From NCBI GenBank assembly GCA_963712115.1, contig CAVQGX010000030.1:170856-234855 (forward strand): a DNA stretch of 64,000 bases, in the 5' to 3' direction. Each line of letters begins with the position of its first letter. The first letter of the stretch is position 1. The notes below the pieces were generated by a model, which saw only the letters and a list, made by a program, of their open reading frames with translations, did no database searches and was not told where the DNA came from. Both the position numbers and the translations under genes were made by a program. This document shows positions 1 to 9,376 of this stretch, one piece after another. The DNA comes from an uncultured delta proteobacterium. Its GTDB lineage: Bacteria; Desulfobacterota; Syntrophobacteria; BM002.

Positions 1-2
1 AC

Positions 3-1715
3 TACCAACCCGAAGCTTATGTTCCCCAGACGGACACCTACATTGCCAAGGATGCCTCAATCAATGAAGAGATTGACAAGATGCGACACTCGGCCACCCG
101 CTCCTTGCTCGAGCGGCGTGACGTCATAATTGTAGCTAGCGTCTCTTGTATTTACGGACTGGGTTCCCCAGAGGCCTATCAGGGCCTACTGCTCCACCTT
201 GATCGAGGACAGCAAATTGAGCGGGAGAAAGTACTGAGAAAGTTGGTGGAAATCCATTATCAGCGCAGTGATATGGATTTCCACCGGGGTACCTTTAGGG
301 TCAGGGGTGATGTGGTGGAAATCTTCCCCGCCCACGAGGAAGAGCGGGCCGTTCGGATTGAGTTCTTCGGGAACGAGGTGGAGCGCATACTCGAGATTGA
401 CCCGCTATGGGGAAAGGCGGTAGGGGAGCTGTCCCGACTGGCAGTTTATCCAGCGAGTCACTATGTTACCACGCGGCCAATGTTAGAGCAGGCCATTAAG
501 AATATACAAGCTGAACTCCAGGAAAGATTAGTTGAATTAAGGGGGCAAGGAAAGCTACTGGAGGCCCAGCGGTTGGAAGAGCGATGCCGTTTCGATTTGG
601 AAATGCTCCAGGAGCTGGGGTACTGTACGGGGATTGAGAACTACTCGCGCCACCTTACGGGCCGGGCACCAGGGGAACCGCCGCCTTGCTTGCTGGACTA
701 CTATCCGGATGACAGCCTTTTCTTTATCGATGAAAGCCACATCGCCGTGCCGCAGCTGCAGGGAATGTATCGTGGAGACCGGTCAAGAAAGCTTACGCTG
801 GTGGATTACGGATTCCGTCTTCCTTCCGCCCTAGACAACCGGCCGTTATCCTTTGAAGAATTTGAGGTTGTAGTGCCGCAGCTTATTTATGTGTCGGCCA
901 CCCCGGCAGATTATGAGCTGAGGAAGGCCCAGGGAGTTGTAGTAGAGCAGATAATCCGGCCGACAGGGCTTATGGACCCGCAGATCAGCGTGAGGCCGGC
1001 CGAGCATCAGGTTGATGACCTCATCGGCGAGATCCGTCGCCGTGCAGAGCGCAATGAAAGAATTCTTGTCACCACTCTGACCAAGAGAATGGCGGAGGAT
1101 CTCACCGAGTATCTCACAGACATGGGCATAAAAGTCCGCTATCTCCATTCTGACATAAATACCATCGAGCGAGTGGAGATCATCCGCGATTTGAGACTTG
1201 GGCGCTTTGATGTGTTGGTCGGCATAAATCTACTGCGAGAAGGTCTTGACATTCCGGAGGTTTCATTGGTCTCCATCCTGGATGCAGACAAAGAGGGGTT
1301 TTTGCGTTCGGCAAGATCACTAATTCAGACTTGCGGCAGGGCAGCTCGGAATGTGGCTGGCGAGGTAATTCTCTATGGAAGCGAAGTAACCCGATCAATG
1401 AGCAGAGCAGTGGAGGAGACCAACAGAAGACGCCTGATGCAGGCAGAATATAATCGAAAACATGGGATTACCCCGGAAAGCATTAGGAAGGAAATTCATA
1501 ATATCCTGGATTCCGTTTACGAGTGTGACTATGTAACCGTACCGACTGTAGAGGAAGAAATTGTAGAATATAAGACAGTTGAAGAATTGGATCAGTACAT
1601 AGCAGGATTAGAAAAACAGATGAAAGAGGCGGCCACCAACCTGGAATTCGAGGAAGCCGCCCGTTTGCGAGATGAAATAAGGGATCTCAAAGAACAGAGG
1701 TTGGAGGTTTATTGA
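3..1715 (+). CDS. uvrB: Excinuclease ABC subunit B (5' end outside window)
   Basis: Frame open from position 3 ([29 protein letters not shown], the UvrB beta-hairpin); DESH Walker [18 protein letters not shown]-terminal UVR domain. Confidence 0.98.
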   Translation, partial: YQPEAYVPQTDTYIAKDASINEEIDKMRHSATRSLLERRDVIIVASVSCIYGLGSPEAYQGLLLHLDRGQQIEREKVLRKLVEIHYQRSDMDFHRGTFRVRGDVVEIFPAHEEERAVRIEFFGNEVERILEIDPLWGKAVGELSRLAVYPASHYVTTRPMLEQAIKNIQAELQERLVELRGQGKLLEAQRLEERCRFDLEMLQELGYCTGIENYSRHLTGRAPGEPPPCLLDYYPDDSLFFIDESHIAVPQLQGMYRGDRSRKLTLVDYGFRLPSALDNRPLSFEEFEVVVPQLIYVSATPADYELRKAQGVVVEQIIRPTGLMDPQISVRPAEHQVDDLIGEIRRRAERNERILVTTLTKRMAEDLTEYLTDMGIKVRYLHSDINTIERVEIIRDLRLGRFDVLVGINLLREGLDIPEVSLVSILDADKEGFLRSARSLIQTCGRAARNVAGEVILYGSEVTRSMSRAVEETNRRRLMQAEYNRKHGITPESIRKEIHNILDSVYECDYVTVPTVEEEIVEYKTVEELDQYIAGLEKQMKEAATNLEFEEAARLRDEIRDLKEQRLEVY

Positions 1716-1734
1716 CGCGCTTAGCGCGTCAATA
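1710..1734. other. Perfect 11-bp hairpin overlapping the uvrB stop codon
   Basis: tattgacgcgc-tta-gcgcgtcaata; no U-tract, so not called a terminator. Confidence 0.6.
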
Positions 1735-1810
1735 GCGAGACTGGATGTCGGGGGGAAAGCGATTTGATGTCCCCGTCTCGCACCTCTTGCCAGTCTCGCA
1801 CGTCTCGCAA
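1735..1810. repeat. GCGAGAC / CGTCTCGC(A/C) 9-mer family with inverted arms
   Basis: gcgagactgg followed by ccgtctcgca-cctcttgcc-agtctcgca-cgtctcgca. Confidence 0.7.
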
Positions 1811-1841
1811 TTTGCTGTCGTTGGTAATTGGACACACTAAC

Positions 1842-3701
1842 ATGACCAAACCCAACAAACTTAAGGAAAAGCTGGACAACTTTCCCTCAAGCCCTGGTGT
1901 TTATCTTATGAAGGACTCCCGGGGCAAAATTCTCTACGTGGGGAAAGGAAAGGACCTGCGCAAGCGGGTTCTTTCATACTTCCAGGGAAAGGATCACTCT
2001 TCTCCCAAAATCAGGGTGCTGGTCAAGAAGGTCTCGGATTTAGAGTTCATTATCACAGGTTCAGAGAAAGAGGCACTTATTCTTGAGTCAAATCTTATCA
2101 AACACCACCGGCCCCGATACAACGTAGTCCTCCGGGATGACAAGAGATACCTGGTCCTGCGCTTGGATCCGAAGGAAGATTATCCAAGGCTAACCCTGGT
2201 GCGGAGCATCCGTAGAGACGGTGCCCTTTACTTTGGCCCATACGCTTCAGCCCATGCAGTGAGGCAGACTCTCAAGATGTTACACGGTATGTTCCCTTTG
2301 CGTCAGTGCAGTGGCCGCAAGTTTAAGAGCCGCCAGCGCCCCTGTTTGAATCACCAGATGGGCCGTTGCCTTGGATTGTGCGCCGGCACCGTCACACCTG
2401 GGGAATATGCGCCGGTAGTTGAGCAGGCCGTGCTTTTCTTGAGGGGTCGCACTCGGGACCTGCAGATTAAATTGCGGCGGGAAATGGAGCGAGCTGCTGA
2501 TGGGCTCGAGTTTGAAAAGGCCGCTATGTATCGAGACCGTCTGAAAGCGGTGGAAAAGACTCTGGAGAAGCAGCTAATGGTTTCTTCCCGCTTTCGAGAT
2601 CAGGATGTGATTGGCACGCATGAATCCGGAGAAAATCTTGGCCTGGCAATCCTCTTTATCAGAGAAGGCCGCATGGTTGGGAGTCGGGCCTTTGTCTTCA
2701 AAGACAGTAAGAACAGCGCGCCGGAGATATTGCGCGGTTTTATTCTGCAATATTACGACAAGGGCAAGTCGATCCCTGAAGAAATATTGATGAGTGAATC
2801 TGTCTTAGAACAAGATTTACTGGCGGAATGGCTATCAGACCTTAAAGAGAAACGGGTCACCCTTCGGGTCCCTAAAAGAGGAGAGGGTAGGCGCTTATTG
2901 ACCATGGCCTGTCAAAATGCAGCGAACTATGTAATGAGTGAAATGCCAAGGCCTACCGATCCTCTTCCTGCGTTGGAGCGATTACAACAAAGGTTGGAGT
3001 TGGAATCTTTTCCCCATCGCTTGGAGTGTGTTGACATATCCAATTTCCGCGGCCAGTTTCCGGTGGGTTCGCTTGTGGTTTTTGAGGATGGTGAGCCGGA
3101 CAAATCGGCCTACCGCAGGTATCGTATCCGGGATGTTGTTCAGATAGACGATCCAGCGATGATGGCTGAAGTTATAAAACGAAGGTTCACTGATGAACGA
3201 GACTCGAAAGTGTTGCCAGATCTTCTCGTGGTTGACGGTGGAAAGGCGCAACTTAACCAGACCATGGCGATCCTTGATGACCTCGACTTGAAGTGGATGG
3301 TACCGGTGGTGGCCCTGGCGAAGAAGCAACGGCCAGCAGAGCAGGCTGAACCAGGTAAAAGTGACCGGCTTTATCTGGCGGGAAGAAAGACTCCTTTGCT
3401 ACTTAAGAATGATCCGCCATTACAATTTCTCCTTGGCCGCCTGCGCGATGAGGCCCATCGTTTTGCCATAGAGTATTATCAAAAACGTCACCGCAAAAGC
3501 ACACTTCACTCCCGACTGGATGATATTCGTGGAATAGGACCTAAACGACGTCGCGCTTTGATTCAATATTTCGGCTCGGTAAAGCAGTTGGCTAAAGCCA
3601 CTGTTGAGGAAATTAGTGAGGTTGCAGGGGTCAGCAGTAAACTGGCAGAAGAGATCTTATTTGCTTTGAGAAGTAATTCCTCTGACAAAATGACAATTTA
3701 G
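1842..3701 (+). CDS. uvrC: Excinuclease ABC subunit C
   Basis: GIY-YIG (PGVYLMKD..ILYVGK), Cys cluster, UVR, RNase H-like domain (DISN, VDGGK), HhH GIGPKRR; start set at MTKPNK. Confidence 0.98.
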   Translation: MTKPNKLKEKLDNFPSSPGVYLMKDSRGKILYVGKGKDLRKRVLSYFQGKDHSSPKIRVLVKKVSDLEFIITGSEKEALILESNLIKHHRPRYNVVLRDDKRYLVLRLDPKEDYPRLTLVRSIRRDGALYFGPYASAHAVRQTLKMLHGMFPLRQCSGRKFKSRQRPCLNHQMGRCLGLCAGTVTPGEYAPVVEQAVLFLRGRTRDLQIKLRREMERAADGLEFEKAAMYRDRLKAVEKTLEKQLMVSSRFRDQDVIGTHESGENLGLAILFIREGRMVGSRAFVFKDSKNSAPEILRGFILQYYDKGKSIPEEILMSESVLEQDLLAEWLSDLKEKRVTLRVPKRGEGRRLLTMACQNAANYVMSEMPRPTDPLPALERLQQRLELESFPHRLECVDISNFRGQFPVGSLVVFEDGEPDKSAYRRYRIRDVVQIDDPAMMAEVIKRRFTDERDSKVLPDLLVVDGGKAQLNQTMAILDDLDLKWMVPVVALAKKQRPAEQAEPGKSDRLYLAGRKTPLLLKNDPPLQFLLGRLRDEAHRFAIEYYQKRHRKSTLHSRLDDIRGIGPKRRRALIQYFGSVKQLAKATVEEISEVAGVSSKLAEEILFALRSNSSDKMTI

Positions 3702-3720
3702 TATTATTATTTAAATATTT

Positions 3721-3842
3721 AAGGTTTCAGTGTTCAGTGTTCAGGTTTCAGCTTTTATGTTTCTTTTTCCTGACACCTGAAACCCGAAACCCGACACCTA
3801 AGACCCTGAGATTTGGTGCTTGGAATTTGTAGTTTTGCAATG
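3721..3842. repeat. GGTTTCA/GTGTTCA ... CTGACAC heptamer hairpin plus TTTGGTGCTTGGAATTT arm
   Basis: Inverted heptamer arrays around a T-rich loop; homologous to 22372-22500 and 52484-52611. Confidence 0.8.
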
Positions 3843-3914
3843 GACGCAGGGGGCAGCTCAAAGCCGGACACTTTGGAATTATTCTATTGATTGCCCAGAG
3901 AGGAGAACAGGCAG

Positions 3915-5390
3915 ATGGAAGAGGTAAGAGTTCGTTTCCCGCCCAGTCCCACTGGATACTTACATATCGGTGGAGCCAGAACCGCTATCTATAACTGGCT
4001 TTTTGCTCAAAAGACAGGAGGAAAGTTTATCCTCCGCATTGAGGACACTGATGTTGAACGGTCCACCAAAGAATCTATCAGGGGCATTGTGGATGGGCTC
4101 GACTGGCTTGGAATAACCTGGGACGAAGGTCCTTATTTTCAATCGGCCTATGCGGATGATCACCGGAGAGCGGCGCAGAAATTGGTGGAGATCGGTCATG
4201 CTTACAAATGCTTCTGTACCCAAGAGGAACTGGAAGGAAAGCGACAAGAGGCAAAAAGGAGAAAGGAAGACTATCATTACGACGGCACCTGCCGAAACCT
4301 TTCTGTTGATGAAGTAAAGCGATTGGAGGCTGAGGCCAGACCCTACGTGATTCGTTTCAGGGTGGTTCGTGGTCCAGGGGGTGTGGTTTTTCAAGATGCG
4401 GTTTACGGAGTGATAGAGAAGAAATACAGGGATATTGAAGACTTCGTTATCCTTCGCTCCGATGGTTCTCCCCTCTATGTTCTTTCCAACGCCGTGGATG
4501 ATATCCGCGATCGAATTACCCATGTGATTCGAGGTCAAGACCATCTGGCCAACACACCCAAGCAAATAATGATTTATGAGGCCCTTGGAGAAAAGTTGCC
4601 CCGATTCGCTCACATGCCACTTACTCTGGATCCACAAAAGCGCAAGATTTCCAAAAGGGCTCACGGTGAGGTGGTGTCAGTGCAGTATTATCGTGAGCGG
4701 GGCTTCTTGCCCTGGGCTCTGGTTAATTTCCTTGTTCTCCTGGGATGGTCCACTTCAGATAATCGGGAGATTTTTTCTCAGGCGCAACTCATTGAGGCTT
4801 TTTCTTTGGAAGGCATCAACCGGGCAAATTCCGTATTCGACATTCGCAAGGATGACCCCAAGTTCTTCACCGATCCCAAGGCGATAAGTATCAATGCCCA
4901 TTACTTACGAACTATTGAGGTTGAAGAGTTGTTGCCTTACGTACAAGCAGAAATGGAGGCAGCCGGGTTGTGGGATCCCGCCTTCGGTTCCGAAAAAAAA
5001 TCCTGGTTTGCCTCCACCGTGGACCTCATCCGCAGCCGTTACCACACCACAAAAGATTTCGTCAATCTGGGACGATGTTATTTTGCAGATGACTTCCCAA
5101 TTGAAGACCAGGTGCTGCGCAAGAACATCTTGAAGCATGAAAATCTCAAACAATGGCTGCCCTTGATGGCGGACCGGCTAGAAGAACTGGAAGAGTTCAC
5201 CGTCGATCTGATAGAGCAGGTTATCCGTGACCTTGCTGCCGAGTTGGATGTCAAGGCAGGGATTCTCATAAATGGCGCACGGGCTGCTGCTACCGGGCAG
5301 GCTGCCGGGCCCGGTCTTTTCGAGGTGCTCGCAGCTGTGGGTAAAGAGAGAGTGCTGCACCGTCTGCGAGAAGCCCCCAATTTGTATTAG
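3915..5390 (+). CDS. gltX: Glutamate--tRNA ligase
   Basis: RVRFPPSPTGYLHIGG (HIGH), KISKR (KMSKS), anticodon-binding domain. Confidence 0.97.
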   Translation: MEEVRVRFPPSPTGYLHIGGARTAIYNWLFAQKTGGKFILRIEDTDVERSTKESIRGIVDGLDWLGITWDEGPYFQSAYADDHRRAAQKLVEIGHAYKCFCTQEELEGKRQEAKRRKEDYHYDGTCRNLSVDEVKRLEAEARPYVIRFRVVRGPGGVVFQDAVYGVIEKKYRDIEDFVILRSDGSPLYVLSNAVDDIRDRITHVIRGQDHLANTPKQIMIYEALGEKLPRFAHMPLTLDPQKRKISKRAHGEVVSVQYYRERGFLPWALVNFLVLLGWSTSDNREIFSQAQLIEAFSLEGINRANSVFDIRKDDPKFFTDPKAISINAHYLRTIEVEELLPYVQAEMEAAGLWDPAFGSEKKSWFASTVDLIRSRYHTTKDFVNLGRCYFADDFPIEDQVLRKNILKHENLKQWLPLMADRLEELEEFTVDLIEQVIRDLAAELDVKAGILINGARAAATGQAAGPGLFEVLAAVGKERVLHRLREAPNLY

Positions 5391-5508
5391 AAATAACACA
5401 CCGCCTGCCTCTAAATCCCCCATAAATTTTCCTTTAGGCGAAGAGGATATGGCTGATCAGTCTTCTCTGACGCTGGCACGTTTCTTGAACGTATTACTCC
5501 CTGCACTA

Positions 5509-5703
5509 TAACCCGGATGTTTTATGAATTACTTACTACGACCACGGATATGGTCATCCTTCCGTGCGTCCTCGGGTGTTGGCCCCTGCGACGTACCATT
5601 CAGGTACGCCTCGGATCCAATCCCGCGGTACCGCGGGACGGTTGCCCGGTGGCACGCCCATCTTCGTGGTCTCGTGACAGCAATTCATGAAACATCCGGG
5701 CTA
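5509..5703 (+). mobile_element. MITE copy 1 (195 bp including flanking TA)
   Basis: Terminal inverted repeats ta(a/g)cccggatgttt(t/c)atgaat / attcatgaaacatccgggcta; internal palindrome tcccgcggtaccgcggga; three more copies in window. Confidence 0.9.
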
Positions 5704-5770
5704 AGACTTTTAAAGATGCGGAGAAGAATTTTGAGTGGAACTTAGCTGGTCAGAGAGGAGTAGGTGTTAA

Positions 5771-6280
5771 ATGACACTCGGTGAACTGCCTTCTAGCGGA
5801 ATTTACATTGATATTGCTTTAGGGCTGGTGGTACTGCTAGTGCTGTTCTATCAGATGGCCGCACAGCAGAGAGCAAGGAAAAAAATTGGCGAGCTGGAGA
5901 AACGAATCGCCGCAGCTGAGGAAGTCCAGGCGGCGGTGTTCGCCAACTTGGAAAAGAAGGCTAATGCATTAAAGGAAATAGTCTTTGAGAAAACAAAGCC
6001 CATGACTAACAAGCTCAATGAACTCTCCAAGAAAGCCAGCATAATGCTCGAGAAAAATGAAGCGGTCCGACGTGAGTTGGAAGATCAAATAGGACCCCTC
6101 AGATCTTCAATAGATGAAACAACTACCAAATTTAATTCCTCCCAGGATGCCATAAGGCAAGTGGTCCAAGATGGTAAGAACGAGATCGAGAGAATGACAA
6201 AAGAAGTAGAAGGGTTTAAAGAGGAAATCAAAAAAGTAAAAGATTTCATCCGGGACGGCATTATTGACGTTGAGCTATAG
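5771..6280 (+). CDS. Single-TM coiled-coil hypothetical protein
   Basis: N-terminal hydrophobic helix (IDIALGLVVLLVLFY), then a heptad-rich K/E helix; RBS gaggag upstream. Confidence 0.8.
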   Translation: MTLGELPSSGIYIDIALGLVVLLVLFYQMAAQQRARKKIGELEKRIAAAEEVQAAVFANLEKKANALKEIVFEKTKPMTNKLNELSKKASIMLEKNEAVRRELEDQIGPLRSSIDETTTKFNSSQDAIRQVVQDGKNEIERMTKEVEGFKEEIKKVKDFIRDGIIDVEL

Positions 6281-6283
6281 CCC

Positions 6284-7378
6284 ATGAAAGAAAGCAACGC
6301 TACCATCCTTTTCGCCGACCTCATGAATTCTACGGAGTTGGCCAAGAACCTTACCCTGCTGGAATACGATGACATGCTCGTCGATTTTCAGAACACCATG
6401 TTCGAGGTGGTTTCTCACCACCTGGATTACTTTGGATATGAAGGGGAGGGCGTGGACTCGGAATGGTCAATCTCTGGAGACGAACTTAGAGTTTTCCTCT
6501 ATTCCGACAACATGGATTTCGATATTCGCAGCGCCCTGCTGATAGCCACCAAGATCAAACTTGCCTGGCTGTCTTCAGGCTTCAACCAAAGAGTGCTCAG
6601 CGAACAGCGGCTGGTATCTCGTATCGGAGTGGGTATCAATTGCGGCAAGGTGATAAAAGATGTCAGGCCATGGCGGGTGAAGATAGGCAAGGCGGGGCAA
6701 AATATTGAAGGTTACGCCATCAATCTGACCAAGCGTATAGAGTCAGCCTCGCGGGAAGGCAACGTTTATCAGATCATGGTCGGTGCCAGTCTCTACAAGA
6801 GATGTCAGCAAAACAAACGAATGAATGTGGCTTTCAGCCACCCGAGGAGTCTGGTTTTTAAGGGTCTTGGCCAAAAAATACCGGTGTACGAGGTTGTTTC
6901 TTTTATCAACTTCGAGATATTGCCCTCCATGCCCGCCCCCTTACAAGAGGGTCTCATGGAAAAGATGGAGAACACCGTTCGAGATGCTATGCCCGAACCG
7001 TGGATTTTTATCGTTCTCTTGCGTTCTTACATTTCCATGTTGGCCTCAAGTCGCGACGAGTACGCCGATGTCAAAGCAGTGGAGCTTGCCCAACAGGCGC
7101 TGGACGTGGTGGATTACAAGCCGGTTATTTACAATATGCTGGGGTGGCTTTACACTAATGGTAAAAATGTTCGGAATTTGGAAATGGCCTTTCACTATCT
7201 TGACCAGTGTCTAGGCCTAGAGCCCAAGAATGAAGCTGCCCTTTTGCACCGGGCTAGAATTCTAGAGGAGATGGGCCAGACCGATCTTGCCCGGCATGCC
7301 TATCAAGAAATTCTATTTCAAAACCGAGAACACCCCATAGCAAGAAGAAAACTTGCCCAGTACCAGGTCGCCAATTAG
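6284..7378 (+). CDS. Class III nucleotidyl cyclase domain + C-terminal TPR
   Basis: TILFADLMNST, SISGDEL, RIGVGINCG, GYAINLTKRIES; TPR-like helices (YNMLGWLY, LEPKNEAALLHRARILEEMGQ). Confidence 0.85.
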   Translation: MKESNATILFADLMNSTELAKNLTLLEYDDMLVDFQNTMFEVVSHHLDYFGYEGEGVDSEWSISGDELRVFLYSDNMDFDIRSALLIATKIKLAWLSSGFNQRVLSEQRLVSRIGVGINCGKVIKDVRPWRVKIGKAGQNIEGYAINLTKRIESASREGNVYQIMVGASLYKRCQQNKRMNVAFSHPRSLVFKGLGQKIPVYEVVSFINFEILPSMPAPLQEGLMEKMENTVRDAMPEPWIFIVLLRSYISMLASSRDEYADVKAVELAQQALDVVDYKPVIYNMLGWLYTNGKNVRNLEMAFHYLDQCLGLEPKNEAALLHRARILEEMGQTDLARHAYQEILFQNREHPIARRKLAQYQVAN

Positions 7379-7534
7379 TGTCGATAAAACCGTTTACATC
7401 GTTGAAGTCGTTCAAATCGTAGAAACCGTCCATCACAGAGGTCAGAAGTCGGAGATCAGAGATCAGCTTTAGCTCTGACCTCTACCTGCTGCCAGCTGTA
7501 TTTCCCCATGCCCTTTGCGCTATGCTCTATGCCC
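7379..7534. repeat. Composite short-period arrays between convergent genes
   Basis: 9-mer (aaccgttta/catcgttga/agtcgttca), TCAGAGG/TCAGAGA heptamers with inverted tctgacctct, GCTATGC heptamers. Confidence 0.75.
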
Positions 7535-8074
7535 TCAAAAAGAGATGGGCTCAACATCGTCCTCGTTGAGTTCTACTGAAACCGCCTGTTGAATAATATC
7601 TATGGCCACTACCAATCTTGATTTCTCATGCTTCTTGCGAACCAAAATCCCTTCACAACCATAGAGAGGGCCATTGACAATCCTTACTAGCATTCCTTCC
7701 TTTAAATAGGGATGAACCGTAAGCACAGTGGCGTTGCTGAGAAGTGTTATCAGGCTGCTCATCTGACTGTCAGGTACTGGCAGGGGGCCGTCCTCGTTGC
7801 GAACTATTCGGACAACTCCAGGTGTCTGCAAAATCTTCAATTGTTCGTAGTTGTCGAGTGAGGCACGCACAAAGAGGTAGCCAGGGAAAATCGGCATCTG
7901 GATCTTTTTGCGTCGGTCCCTCCGTTTACTCCAGCGCTCCATCTGCGGCAAGAGACAGTCGAAGGACTTGGCCAGCAAACGAGAGTATACCTTGCTCTCG
8001 TGGCGAACCTGGGCGTAGACGGCATACCAAGCTGGTGTCATATGAGAGACCGGATCTGTCATTACTTGTTCCAA
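7535..8074 (-). CDS. NusG paralog (UpxY/LoaP/RfaH-like antiterminator)
   Basis: NGN domain WYAVY..RHESKV..PIFPGYLFV; KOW GMLVRIVNGPLYGCEG. Confidence 0.9.
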   Translation of the reverse strand: MEQVMTDPVSHMTPAWYAVYAQVRHESKVYSRLLAKSFDCLLPQMERWSKRRDRRKKIQMPIFPGYLFVRASLDNYEQLKILQTPGVVRIVRNEDGPLPVPDSQMSSLITLLSNATVLTVHPYLKEGMLVRIVNGPLYGCEGILVRKKHEKSRLVVAIDIIQQAVSVELNEDDVEPISF

Positions 8075-8145
8075 TATGAAGATATTATCCAGCCAGAATC
8101 TCTGGATGGATATTACTAATGCAATCCTTAAAGAAACGGTCCCCC

Positions 8146-8363
8146 TAGCCCGGATGTTTCATGAATTGCTGTGGCGAGACCACGAGGATGGCTGTGCCAC
8201 CGGGCAACCGTCCCGCGGTACCGCGGGATTGGATCCGAGGCGCACCTGAACGGTACGTCGCAGGGTGAGCTTGTCCTGAGCCCGTCGAAGGAACACCCGA
8301 GGACGCCCGGAAGGACGGTCATATCCGTGGTCGCAGTAAGCCATTCATGAAACATCCGGGCTA
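8146..8363 (-). mobile_element. MITE copy 2 (inverted, 218 bp, carries a 26-nt insert)
   Basis: ctagcccggatgtttcatgaat ... attcatgaaacatccgggctag; insert at 8266-8291. Confidence 0.9.
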
Positions 8364-8580
8364 GTGTTTCAAAGGATGGTATCGCTCCGTTCTTCTGGTT
8401 GTCAAGAATTAATTGGCGGGCCGAATTACCCATTGAATACCCTCCTTGATACCACTTGACAAAGCAGGTTAAATAAACGAAATAATAGGAACCTTCAGCT
8501 AGCCGCGTCATTCACGAATCCTTTTGGAGTTACCCGTAGACAATCTACCTGGTAATATCGCCAGTAAGGGAGCCGCTGAT

Positions 8581-9372
8581 ATGGCTCAGTTGCAAGTTCA
8601 AGATCTTCACTTAATTTTTGGCGGCTTAACCGCTCTCAACGGCATTAGCCTTTCGGTACATTCAGGTGAAATTTTTGCCATCATTGGTCCCAACGGTGCT
8701 GGTAAGACCTGCATTCTGAATTGTATTTGCAGGTTCTACCATCCGGACCAGGGCAGCGTTACCTTTGAAGGCCAGGAAATCACCAATTTTGCCCCCCACA
8801 AGATAGCAGGATTGGGCATAGCCCGAACTTTTCAGAACATTGAACTGTTTCAGGGAATGACTGTGTTGGACAATATTAAGCTTGGGGCACATGTCCACTT
8901 GCAATCTGGTTTTCTCGCCGGCGGCTTTTACTGGGGTAAAGCTCGCAGAGAGGAGATAAAGCTCAGGCGGGAGGTGGAGGAACAGATCATTGACTTGTTG
9001 GAAATCCAGGCTATTCGCAAAAAAATCGTTGGCACTCTGCCTTACGGCTTGCAGAAGCGAGTAGAATTGGCCCGTGCTCTGGCCATGAGGCCAAAGATTT
9101 TACTTCTAGATGAACCCATGGCAGGGATGAATTTGGAAGAAACAGAGGACATGGCTCGCTTTATACTAGATATTAATGAAGAGAGGGGAGTGACTATAGT
9201 TCTTATCGAACACGATATGGGCGTGGTCATGGACATTTCAGACCGGGTTTTCGTGCTTGATTTCGGCACTAGAATTGCCGAAGGGCCGCCGGAAGAGATC
9301 CAGCATAACGAACACGTGATAAATGCCTATTTGGGCGGCTCGGATGCGGCATTTTCCAAATTGGGAATTTAA
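8581..9372 (+). CDS. Branched-chain-type ABC transporter ATP-binding protein (LivG-like)
   Basis: GPNGAGKT, ARTFQNIELF, LPYGLQKRVELARAL, LLDEP, IEHDM. Confidence 0.93.
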   Translation: MAQLQVQDLHLIFGGLTALNGISLSVHSGEIFAIIGPNGAGKTCILNCICRFYHPDQGSVTFEGQEITNFAPHKIAGLGIARTFQNIELFQGMTVLDNIKLGAHVHLQSGFLAGGFYWGKARREEIKLRREVEEQIIDLLEIQAIRKKIVGTLPYGLQKRVELARALAMRPKILLLDEPMAGMNLEETEDMARFILDINEERGVTIVLIEHDMGVVMDISDRVFVLDFGTRIAEGPPEEIQHNEHVINAYLGGSDAAFSKLGI

Positions 9373-9376
9373 GACC

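Noticed and set aside
5524-5745. Family of similar small ORFs (PCDVPFRYASDPIPRYRGTVARW) at 5524, 8128, 18812 and 26909
   Set aside because: They are reading frames through the MITE copies, with inconsistent starts and ends.
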